DNA of 61,097 bases, counting the filler, from Platydemus manokwari (Eukaryota), in the NCBI GenBank assembly GCA_037951405.1. It is 5 parts of 5 records of this genome, joined end to end, with 100 filler letters (N's around TTAATTAATTAA, not from the genome) between each part and the next. Parts side by side here need not be neighbours in the genome. Positions count along the whole stretch, not along the records: positions 1 to 9,147 come from JBBMOY011292651.1; positions 9,248 to 25,346 come from JBBMOY011215877.1; 3 more parts are not named here. One strand, written 5' to 3'. Made by a program: the position numbers and the translations under genes. Each line of letters begins with the position of its first letter. Positions within the stretch are counted from its first letter, which is position 1. Shown here piece by piece: positions 1 to 11,956 of the stretch. A model generated the notes under the pieces. That model was not told the origin of the DNA. It saw only the letters and a program-made list of their open reading frames with translations, and did not search any database.

Positions 1-1012
1 TGGAAACATTTAAAACAAAATCCATACAGTTACTAGACGAATCTACTTGAATTTTTTTATGATAAATGTAAGAAAAACAGGTGAACAATAAATAAATGAT
101 CTTAATATTTAAAAAGTTAATAAAACAAGCGATTTCTGAAATAAAAAAGTCATTAATCACTACAATCTATGACAGGGTACTTCATTTGTTTTCCGCGGTT
201 ATCATTCCAACTGATTACATCATATCTCTTATAATGATCCTAAATTTTAATTCGATTAGATCATCTACCAAATGATTTTATTTCATTTCAATGAAAATAA
301 AATGAAACGATTGTTTTTCTATGAACACTGTTGAAAGATACACAAATGATACTTCATCTATTTTTGTATTTATGTTTTATTAGTAATAAATATTATAATA
401 CCAAATGAAAATTTATTATGTGCATACACAGAATCATTTACACTCAATCGATTTGAATAGAATTCATTTTGTTAAATTGTGTTACTCTAATAATTTTCAA
501 AGAATTTATTTTAATAATTTCCGGAATATATTGAAAGAACAGACAGGAATTTCAATTATTAATCACCGATCTATTATTATGTATGTGTTCTATAGAGATT
601 TTTAACTGTTTTTCCTTACATATAAAAATTTTGTTAACTAAATTATTGTTTTTTTTAATTAAAGCTTTTTGCGTATTCATATTTCTTATTTTTTTCCTTT
701 TTTGGACGAGCTGATTTGATATATTCATATGTTGCATTGTATCGCTCTTATGTAGCTAATATGGTAATTTAAGCATTAAGAATATTGTAAGAATTGTGAT
801 GTCCCATCGAATATCTGATAGATAGATTTTGTAGCACTTTCTACTCATCGGTAGATTCGGAAAGCACCTCGAATTTACCATTTAATAATTCACCATTTTA
901 CTTGTCACCGATTTCATATCAGTACATTGTAATTTTACATTTTATTGAAATATATTTAATTAATTATTAAATGAATTATTGAACAAAATTATTCTGTAAT
1001 TTTATTTAAAAG

Positions 1013-1150
1013 GGTGAGAGGCTGTCACACGCAGTTGGATGTGCGTTTGCAGTTTGCCTTGAGAAAAAACAACAGCGAGAAAAGGAAAGCGTTGATGTTA
1101 CATTCAATGACAGCAAGACTAGCTTCACCAGATTAGGATCTTTCAGACAG
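1013..1150 (+). CDS. numb: Single internal exon of Numb/Numb-like (C-terminal end of the PTB domain)
   Basis: AG|GGT...CAG|GTAATT, 138 nt, phase 0-0. It translates to [46 protein letters not shown], matching the conserved Numb [20 protein letters not shown]...FTRxGSFR stretch. It is absent from the ORF track. No other Numb exon was found in the contig. Confidence 0.92.
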
Positions 1151-1596
1151 GTAATTTTAATGTGCATTGAAAAGTATTTTTATTTTGATTAATACATTGT
1201 AATTAAATTAAATTTGAAAATTCTATTTATTCATTTCAAAAATATTCTTCCGTGACAATTTTCGACAAATTGTTGTTTATTTCATGTATTTATTCATTTT
1301 CATCTGACGACACACGATTCATTGTACGAGATTGTCGGAAATAGCTGACGGTGTTTCTTCCAGTTGATTAGAATTATTGAAATGAATATCACTAATCAGT
1401 TATAACGTCAATATTTTCATATTCATTTTTGCTTAGATTTGATGTGTTATTTATATATTAATATAATAATAATAATTATTATTATTTTTTCACATTGCCA
1501 TTTTTGTAATAATTATTAATATTTTTATCGATTTTTATAGTTTGTTATTAATAAAATTTTACCATAATAATAATTATTATTATTCTATTACTATAG

Positions 1597-4500
1597 ACAT
1601 CGTTCGATAATTGTTCACAACTAATTCTGAAAGCAATCGAAAATAAAAATCCAACCATTCGAATGGAAACATTGAGTTTTCTTTTGCGTATTGCTAAAAC
1701 ACCGATTGGACATGCATCGTTAAAGAAAAATTTCAAATCTATTATGCCCGAACTGAGAAAGACGTGTGATGATATGGATAAAAAAGTGCGAGAACAAACA
1801 TTTCAATTGATTGGAGAGCTGATTTCTATGTTGGGAGACAAACAGATCAATTCATTTTTGGAAAATATCGATCCATCCAAAATGCAATTGATCAAATCTT
1901 TCGTTTCTCAATCGTCAAATCCAATTGTTCAAGAATCGATAATTGTCCACGAAGAACCTAAATTATCCATAAGACAAAATGTCGAAATTGTCAAGGAATC
2001 CGTGGCAGAAGTCTCCAAAAAGCAGCCGACCAAGCCTCAACTTAAATTAACTAAAGAAGTTCTCATTTCAGAACAGGAATTGATGGAAAAATATGTCCAG
2101 TAAAATTGAGTATTGATGGGCTTGATATTCTTATTATTGGTCAGGTTGTTGGGTAAAGAAGTTGTCGACAAATTTGTCAGTCAGGTTTGGAAGAATCGAA
2201 TTGAAGCATGTGATAAAGTTTTCCAATACGTTGAATCACATGAAATCGATCGAATGAGTTGTCAAATTATCACTCAACTGATCCTTATTAAACCCGGACT
2301 CAGAGATAGCAACATAATGGTTGGGTTTTTTCGATTATTCGTGATTTTATTCGATTTTCTTTTTTCGTTCAATTTTGATTTGTTTTGCCAAGTGACGATT
2401 TTCGATTTTTTTAGGTTGTTCGCAAACGATTACAGATTTTGCAGGAAATTTTTCGCAAATGTAACAATGGTCCATCGATATTGATTAGTCAGATTTGTTT
2501 GGGTGAAATTGTCGAGAAGATTGGTGACGTGAAATTGGGAGCTTATGCTAAAGAAACGATTTCCGTTCTGATCTCAACGATGCCCGATTTTGTTAACCAA
2601 TTGATTGTTCAATGCTTGCATCAGTTGGTAGAGAGCAAGTCTATTCGATCTGTGACAGAGAATATCGATTGGTTGATTGAATATTTGTCAAATCACGGAT
2701 CCAAGTATGCTTGTATATATTGATTTTGCTTATTATATGATTAATCAAATAATAAAATATCAAATTTCCATTTCAGATCAATATGGTTCCCATTTATTTA
2801 TTCTTATAAGGCCATTTAATTTCGGAATTCTATTTATTTAAAAATTGAGATATTTAAGAGTTTGTGCTTTAATAAATATAAAAACATCGGTAACTGATAA
2901 CACGGTTGGATAAGAATTCATATTTCTAAATGTATATGATTGACCAATCAGATTAGATTAACAATCATTGTTTAAAATAATGATTATAAATCGATGTATA
3001 CTACTTTCAAAATTGCTGGAAATAATTTTATGGAATATTAAGAGTCACAAGTACGTCAACATCTCTTGAAATTAAAATTAAATATTTCATAAAAGTATAT
3101 TGTAAGCCAATCAATTTCCATTACATCGGTTTTCTCACTGGCGCGTTTGCATTAATATTTTCAAATTCATTGTCTGAGCTAATCCTCTTATTGAACCAAT
3201 TTTTACTACACAATCTACTCGATAGTCGTTTGAAATTTCTAAATGGGTTCTTATGGCACTTTCAAAATCAATATGTTATTACGTCTATTAATTGCCGTAT
3301 TTTCTTATTACACAATCCATGAATTTAAACATGTTCCTTTGTCAAGGTGAAAGTATAATGTTGATAGAAATGTCGATATTACAACAGCAAGGAGAGTTTT
3401 TTTTAAATGTACTCTTAAATAGCGGCTCATTCATGAGAGTTGCAAAGGTAAAAAATCGTGTTCACATGTTTTCCATAAATTCATCCTTGATTGTATTACT
3501 CGGTATTTGTTAGTAAATTGTGTCAGTTGTTGTTTTATTAATTTTATCACGCAACTTCACTCTAGTGCAACAAATGCGTTACGAAATAGGTGACAGTTTG
3601 CGCCGGTTTATTTTCATTGGTTTATTATTTTAGTGAATGGATGTAACGGTTTAGAATTATGTAACAGTTGATAAACAAATATTTTTTAACGAAATAGGGA
3701 TGATGTTTCATTTCCTAATTGTAATAACTAAATTGTTTTACTCATTGTTTGTAAGTAAGCTATAAGCAAGCAACTGTATAAAATATAACTAGACTAGATT
3801 TTAAAAAAAATTAATGAAATTTATTATTCGATTATTTTCACATATCGAAGATTTGTTATGTCATTTCAATAATTAAATTATTTGTGCAAGTTTCTTGCTT
3901 TTGTTTTAATAAATATTTGGATTATTTTTCATCATTTATTTATATGATGACATTATTACAAACTTTCTGTATAATGTTACGTAATAATATTATTTTATAT
4001 TTATAACTAATGACAATGCTGTGTAGATCTCTTGTTGTCAAAGATGTCCTACCTCTCGTTCGACAATTATTGTCATCTTCAAATTCAACAGTTAAACAAA
4101 ACACCATCATTCTAATTGGTGTATTATATAAGACACATGGAAAATGTATTCCGAACTATTTTGAATCGGAAAAACCTGCTATCGTTGGTATGATTTCGAA
4201 CGAGGTTAACAAAATCGATAAAACTATGAAAGAAATGAAGTCAAAAATCGAGTAATTATTATTGTTGATTGATTTATTTTAGCACTTTCATAATCGATCA
4301 TTCTTTTATTCAGATTAGCAGATGTCAAATCTATAAAGGAAAATCACGTGGATGATCGACGTTAGAATTTATCAATATCCAATCATTTATATTTATTTGT
4401 TCAGGTTGTTTCAAAGAAGCGTCACCTATTTATAATTCAATCGCTCCGAATGGAAATGCGATTAAAGACAGCCTTCATGTGAATAATTTATCTTTGGATA

Positions 4501-7071
4501 CCGAGGAATTCTCCAATGAAGATAAATCTATTACTGATGATTATGACAGGTGATTGATTGACTTGAATTTTATGATTATTGATTATTTGATTATCTGATG
4601 AATTCGTAGAGCAATCAAAGACAGTTGTCGTTCATTTGTGCTCGGTAATATTGTGTCATTTATTCGTTAATTGTTTCAATTTGCTATCAGAGATATGTGA
4701 TAAATTAGCCGTTTACACCGATCAATACTCGACGAGTCTATTTCAAAAGGAATTAAATCTCTTTTTCTCCTCAATGAAGGCCATTTGCGACCCCAAAATG
4801 AAATCATCCATCAACATCCTATTGACATCTTTACAAAACAGTTGGATTGATTCGGAATCTGTATCGACACAGGTTGTCATTATTTGTTGAAGAGAAATTC
4901 AATTAATCAATTCCAGACGGTCACCGGCGAGATTGTGGAAGAAAATTCTCCGAAATTCGTTCCGGTATTCGATGGATTCGTTAATATGCGAAGAAATCGC
5001 AGGTGATTTTATATTTAAATTCCCGAGCATTATTTAATCAATAATTGAAAGGGCATTTTCCAAGATCGATAAAGAAAATGTAGCTCCATTGGCACAAATC
5101 GATAATCATAATGAAATTGGTTCACATCATTCACCCACACATATGAAGGAGTAATTCAGCTCTAATTATATGATCATGTTTATTATTTTTTCTAGTGCCC
5201 ACCAGGACTGCGTCACACCGTTGTCAATGGTTACAGAAATCATCCGAGTACTGGAAAATGAAAATTCCTCATATATTATTTACGAGAATTTATCGAAATT
5301 AAAGCGCATATTAAAAGGTTTCTCATATATTGATTGATTGATTTTTATATTGATTTGATATTAATAATAAATGTGATTGGTTCAGATGATTCCAAGAATC
5401 AGATCCATAATTGTATACCAGAATTGATAACATCATTATCTAAACGGGCTAGATTTCTCGCTAATATTGTTGTACCGAGCAGTGTTCAGGAATTGATACA
5501 AATTGTAGCCATAATCAATAGTGTGAGTTTTTTGAATTTTTATAAAATACTAATGGTGATGTAGTTTTTCATTTTATATCCGGTAATTTAATGTCATGAC
5601 AACATAACTTTATATGTTCATATATACTGGATATTATATTGATTTCCTTTTGATTAATTATCACAGCAAGTTTATGAGCAGTTGAAATTAAAAGAAAATC
5701 AATACTTTATTGATTTTTTATTATTGATTTTATATGATTAATATTTTTATTATTTATTTTATATGATTAATATTTTTACTATTGATTTTTTATTATTAAT
5801 CTTTTGTTATTGATTTTTTGCCTTTTTAATATTTTTATTATTATTTTTCATTGTCATTGATATGTAAGCATTATTATTAATATTTTTCTGTTAACATCAT
5901 TTTCTTAATCATTATTATTGAAATATTATTATTTTTTTTTATTAAAATTACTAATATCTTTATAATAATTATTATTTTCGTTATTCATTTCATTGTCGTT
6001 AGTTTTATTCATAGTATAATTATTAAAATATTATTATTAAAATAAAATTTTTGCCCACAACAGCTTTTAATCTTATTTACAGTCGGCTACTGAATATATC
6101 ACAGCTTCGCCTCACATCTCTTTTGGTAAACCTCTTTGGCTTTTCATCATCGTCTTAATTTTTATGGTCATCTGATTGTTTGGGATTTCCCAGTAACATC
6201 ATAACTTACTTGATTTGTTTGTCGGTTTCTTCCGAGTCACTTCCCCCTTGATATTGCAATAATCGCTCTCCCGTAATATATTTTTTACAATTTAATCCCA
6301 TTATTTATTATGAATAATATTATTATAGTTTTCATACAAAGTAGACAGTAAACCCATATTAATTTTATGTGATCACTGTAAATACCTTGTCGAAAAAACA
6401 ATCTAATCTCAATTTTTCATTATATCTATATTTTTCTTTAAATATTGCTTTGGAATGGTTTCTAAATCGAATATTTTATTGCTAAAATTTTAGATTTATT
6501 CAAAACCGGATTTTGTACAATTGATTACTGAACCTGTTTTATCGTCATTATACACACAGTTATTCTCGATTCTAGCCAGTCAGAAGTTTCAATCCATTGA
6601 TATTTTCGTCACACTAAGAAAATCGATTTCTTCTCTCATTTTAGACATCACAACTTCGTCATCATCGACTGAAGTACTTTGCTCTATGTTGAGACTTCTT
6701 TCTCTGGCAATAGATGATTCGACCAATCAAAATGTTTACATTAACGTACTCATAAAGAACACTTTAAAAATTTTAGATATCATAAAAACCAATTCCTGCG
6801 TCGATTTAGATTTTTCTAAAATCCTGAAATCATTGAATCAGCCATTCGTGGATTTTGCCGACGATTCGGAGAAGATTGGTAGCATGGCTTTTAAAACGAT
6901 AAAAACCATTGTCGATGTGTTGACAAAGAAGAAAAAACTGCAATTATTAGACTATTTACCAGACGTAACATTTGATATTTGGTATAATTGTTGTTAATAA
7001 TTGCATTCTAGAACAATGATCAACTCACGAAATATATTTATAGATGCTTTAATCGAATAAACGGCCAATGA
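1597..7071 (+). CDS. CKAP5: XMAP215/ch-TOG family microtubule-associated protein, divergent and shortened, 5'-partial (14 exons, ~858 aa visible)
   Basis: Phase-consistent GT-AG exons: 1597-2099, 2145-2319, 2415-2704, 4027-4251, 4314-4360, 4405-4549, 4610-4644, 4691-4872, 4917-5002, 5052-5150, 5196-5317, 5386-5522, 6494-6964, 7012-7071 (TGA). TOG2 end: ENKNPTIR...VREQTFQLIG. TOG3: WKNRIEAC...KPGLRDSNIMV...VEKIGDVKLG...EKPAIVGMI. Exon 6494-6964 resembles the C-terminal cryptic TOG region. Confidence 0.85.
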
Positions 7072-7096
7072 TATGCTTGTATTATTTATTTCATAC

Positions 7097-7102
7097 AATA
7101 AA
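7097..7102 (+). promoter_or_regulatory. Putative polyadenylation signal of the CKAP5-like gene
   Basis: AATAAA about 25 nt after the TGA, followed by a T-rich tract. AT-rich background weakens the call. Confidence 0.45.
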
Positions 7103-9147
7103 TTCTGAACTTTTATCATATTTTTCATTGTTTTGCTATTTTTATTTGTTTATATTCCATAATAATATATTATACATAGATTAAATTTTTATTTGTAATG
7201 AATTGATCTCAAGACTTAAGCATTAACTGGATTGGCTAAAAACTTGACGTCATAAAGTTAATTATTTTATATTTATCACTCAAATTATTGGTTGCAGTAA
7301 TCTGATAATCAATATTTATTCTTAATGAAAAAATCAATTTGGAAATTTTCATTCCATCATACAGATATATATATAGGACTTTTAAAGTCAGAAATTCGGA
7401 CTGAATTGATTTTGAAATCTTAAACACCCACCCAAAAATCAAAAGAATGAATGACAGATAGTAGGCAATGTCAATAAATCGAAAAGTAAGCACTAACTTG
7501 ATCAGGAAATTGCCAAATACATGGTAACATCTAAGATTCTTTCTAATGATTTTTATTAAATTAGTTATAAACACAAGAATACTATAAGACTGAGTATGAA
7601 AGCTAATTTTCGTTTTTCAATTTAGCTTGATGTATCTCTATCGCTGGGTAATATCGGACACAAGGGATTGTTTAATTCCATTAGATATTTTAATGTAAAC
7701 AGTGATTTAGTAACAGTGATATAGTATTCTACGATGGTATTTTTGAGCAAGTATTAGTTCTATTTTGCTTTAAAACAAAGCGATTCTGCTAAAGAAAAGT
7801 ACATTTTTGTTTATATTTATAGCCTCTTACCAAATCTAGCTTGATAATCTGGTAACAACAGAGGTAATAATTGCACATCTCCCTAAAATATGTCAACTCA
7901 AATCATTCATAGGGACACTGAAAGCATCGGGTAAAATATAATACTTCTAAGTGCACGCATGGTTGATACCGTGAATATGACGATACCTCAGAAAACAGTG
8001 AATTTATTAGTGGCAATCACATTACTTACTTATCAAGGCCAAGCGATAATTAATTCAAGAGTCGAATCACGTACTGTACTAGGCATTCATAAAATGATGG
8101 GCCAGACAAAGTGCAAGAAAAAGACAACATCGGTCAGTAGGACGAAGTCCTTTCTCTCAACAAATAGTTAGATATAGCACAGAACAAGATTCTAATTTGT
8201 AGAATTGCACTGTTCTAATGATTGTTAATATCGTGAGTTCTACACTGCCTGTAGAATTGATTCAAATTATACTATAAGAGTTACAATGCAAAATAAAAAG
8301 ACCTAAATTGAGATTCAAAATTTTTTTATGAATAATAATAACAATGTACAAAATGATATATGGTTATCTGCTATCCTTCAAAAGTTGTCAAAATAATATC
8401 TCAATCAAACTTATTTAAACAAAACAAAACTTAATATACATCACACAAACAATGTTAAGATTCAATGGATCGACAAGAAAAATTTCAGATATAGAACCTC
8501 CGTTGTATTGATAATAATAAGAATTTCCATATAAACTTTGTAGTATTTTCACTCAATGACCCAAATTTTTATTTATTAATCCTTTACTTTTGTTTCTTTT
8601 CTTTCTATAAATTAAAATTATCCTTCAATGGATCAAAAGACGAATTAAGCTTTTTATTATTTTGTTCTCATAGATTCAGAAGATTTACAAATCTCTGAGT
8701 GATTTTTTAATTTCCCTACTGCTTATATACTGTTTTTGTTCTATATGGACTATGAATAATTTGTATTATTTTCTTTTGCCTTATTGGATCATAAAATTAT
8801 TTTCTTTTTCCTAATCTGATTTAAAATTTTATTTATATGACAATAATTTGATAGGTTCACAGACGATTCACAGAAAATCGACATCCTTGCTAAATGACAA
8901 ATTTGAAATGTGAGGTCGGATTCCCCATTTCGAGATTTGATCTGCACTCTTCTTTGAAATTAGTCTGTTCACGATTGCAAAGAAAAAACCAAAATCTTTC
9001 AGAAATTAGGAAGAGGCTATTTTATTATGAGGTTGTTTCATTCTTTGATATTGTTGGGATAGCATGGAATGTCTTGTGCTCTATTCAGATAGTGAAGAGA
9101 GCGAAGACGAGAAAATCCCATATTCGATAAAAACATATAGTGAATGG

Positions 9148-9247
9148 NNNNNNNNNNNNNNNNNNNNNNNNNNNNNNNNNNNNNNNNNNNNTTAATTAAT
9201 TAANNNNNNNNNNNNNNNNNNNNNNNNNNNNNNNNNNNNNNNNNNNN
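9148..9247. other. Artificial contig spacer
   Basis: 44 N + TTAATTAATTAA (stops in all six frames) + 44 N. Confidence 0.98.
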
Positions 9248-11253
9248 AACTTGGGTTCATCCATTGGGCACTTGATATCAATGAGCATAATTGTTGATTT
9301 ACGCTCATTGATCATTTGCAAATCGACTCGTAATTTGGAATCAACAAACTGGCATTTTTCATCAATAAAAATCCTAAAATCAGTATTGTATTGTACAAAA
9401 CGTGCTACTATATCAACAATCTCATTGTGCCTATATGTTTTAAAAGAACTCGATGGTGGGCACATTGTAAAAATATGTGTTTGAGATTCTGTTGGATATA
9501 GGCATTTTCGACACGCCATACCATTCATGAATTTCTTGTTGAGTGTTGGCAGGGTGTCTGTCTTTGCCTTGTGAATGAAGTGGAACTCGGCAATCGATAG
9601 GTACCCATGAAAGACAAGCTTGCTACACAGTGGGCTAACGGTACCTAAAAAATTGTTATACCTCCCACTTCTTACTTGCTTTGTCCACTCAATCTGGTAA
9701 GATTGAACGAAACACCTCCTTAACAACTTTGGCGACTCCTTGAATTTCTTGGGTTCTATGATTCCGGAATGTGAAAAGACCCTATTTTCTACATGTATGT
9801 TTTGGTCGACTCGGAGCATGATGGTTTCGTTAACATATATGAATTGGACCTTAGTGTTTAATTTGTTTGCCGCATATTTGATCGACTCGCGGACTTTGCC
9901 CAACCATGTCTTACTTCTCTGAGTCTGGGTCATGTGTGTGTTTATCCACTCCAGTGCTTGTGATATGTTACAAGTGTCGGTGCATGTCTCTGTTTTCGCA
10001 GCCTGGCATAGAGAATGGATCGCAACTTGTCTTGTCATTTTATGTTTACTCGTCAGCAGGTAGAAAACATGCATGATGGATTGCGTAGTGTAATCCTCAC
10101 ACAAGTTTCTAAGCCTACATCCTCCACTTGATTTGGATGCATATAGGCAGTTCGTACTGCAGTATTTCGGAACTCCTAATATGTTCTTAATGTATTTCCG
10201 CATCATAACATCCATCTCTAGCAGGCGCGTGAATGTTATGTAGTAATTTCTCAAGTAGAACGTTGATTTTGTTTGAATAAAAAGTTCCAAGGCTCTTAAT
10301 TTTTGCCAAGGAAGGAGAATTGAATTGGATAGTTTTCCTAAAGAAAGTTGAAGATCATTAAATAGTCCCTTCGTTGAATTGTGTAATTTGAGACTAAAGT
10401 TAACTCCAAGATACCTATAATGGTCTTCCAAGGTAATTGTTGGTATCTCTTCATTGTTAACTTTAATCTTATCAAGGAGGAATCCTTTCCTTACATTATG
10501 GACATAACCACACTTTGCCGCTTTAAATTTAAAACCCAAAATAGTGGCTAGATCGGTGGCCTCGTTTATCATGTCCTGAATACTATCTCCATTCCTCCAG
10601 ATTAGCGCGTCTGCGTAAGCCAGATACGATATTTTGTGGTTCGCCACGAGTAGCCTACCAAGCTTGTTATTCTCCAATTTGACCAAGATTGGGTTCATAG
10701 CTATATTAAATAGCAGCATTGATATAGGGCATCCTTGACGGACCCCGCGCTTCATCTTGATTGGGTTCGTCCCATAATCACCACATTTCAGTGTGGTCTT
10801 GCAGTTTCTATAGAGACTTTTTATGTTGTCGAGGGGTACTCTGTTGCATGTATTTCTTATGTAGCCAAAGACGAGAGGACCACTTTCACCGAAGTTTGAT
10901 TGTAGGTGGCGAGTACAGTTGGTGTTGACTGGTTTGAGTTTTTCATTTTTCCACAATAGTCGAGATATGTTTGTATTTGTGATGTTGATGATGCTTTCTT
11001 TTTCTTCTGTCTGTATGTCACCTTCTGGGTCGAGTATTGTAATTGTTACGTCTAGTACGTGAATAATGACCACAACCCACTTCCTTGTCTGGACCAGAAG
11101 AGGGCAGAAGATGATTTCTCTATTGTCAAAGTATTTGAACGATAGGAATTCTTTAATTTCTTCTATATTATCTAGGGCCAGTGCTCTGCTCAGAAAGGGT
11201 TCTAAAATTAAAAACTTTCTACATCTTATCTCATTTCTAGTCATTGCTGTCAT
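9248..11253 (-). mobile_element. Non-LTR retrotransposon of the restriction-like-endonuclease type (NeSL/R5-like), internally deleted and cut by the contig end
   Basis: The ORF contains an Ulp1-like segment (IFCPLL..KWVVVII..LDP..QSN..ESG), RT motifs GVRQGCPISMLLFN, YAD(D), GFKFKAAKC and YRYLG, a CCHC knuckle (CRKC...ESQTHIFTMC), RHNEIV, and the RLE core RVDL...IDIKCP. Confidence 0.9.
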
Positions 11254-11777
11254 GTGCCTTTCTGAGAAGAGCAGGCAGTCGTCATGAAAGATGTTTTCTT
11301 GAATTCATTGTTTGCCATCAAATCAAGTGAGTCAGATCATAGTATAAAATCATCATCGTTATTATACATTGTATTTCACGTTATCATTCTATTATCTAGC
11401 TGTGTCTCAACCATCTTGAGGTAAAGGTTCTGCTTCTCGAGTTGAAGTACGCAACAGTATTCTTCCTGAATTTGTAGTTTGTAGCCGTCTAGGTCATTTT
11501 ATTTAGTTGTATATCGTAGCATTAACCAACACATTTTATACGTGTATAATTGTATCATTTTTATAATACTAATAAACGTTACTGTAAACGTAATGCGTTG
11601 CGTTGTTGATTCAATAGAATAAAGTCATTAAAATTTAGATTTGTTTGCCAGTAAAATACATTTTTGAGACTGATAAAAATATTACCTGGATCATTGTTGC
11701 CTATCATGCTATCTCCACAGAGTATAGATAGCGAGGTGAAGAAAGAACACTATAAGTTAAGGTTTAATTTGTGCACC

Positions 11778-11895
11778 TTAAGGGGTTGGTCAGAGCTCAC
11801 AGAGACTGATCAAGTCGGAATTGATTCACAATGAAATCAATATAGAGACTGATAATACAAATAAACAAAGCCAACCACAAACACGAATACACAGA
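11778..11895 (+). mobile_element. DNA transposon terminal segment beginning TTAA|GGGG (Kolobok-like); second copy at 51350-51467
   Basis: ttaaggggttggtcagagctcacagagactgatcaagtc matches the reverse complement of 51429-51467 with one mismatch. Similarity continues for ~115 nt. Confidence 0.55.
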
Positions 11896-11956
11896 GATAA
11901 TTTTAAATAATATAAACAAGTAATAAATTTTATATAATGATAATAACTGAATGGGT

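Noticed and set aside
9148-9247. Identical TTAATTAATTAA motif centred in four N-runs; apparent stop of the RT ORF at 9196
   Set aside because: Synthetic contig-joining spacer, not biological; the ORF end is an artefact.
11803-11822. CTGATCA..GAA as a hammerhead ribozyme core
   Set aside because: The core deviates from CUGANGA and lacks GAAA and the required stems; other CTGATGA sites checked also lack them.
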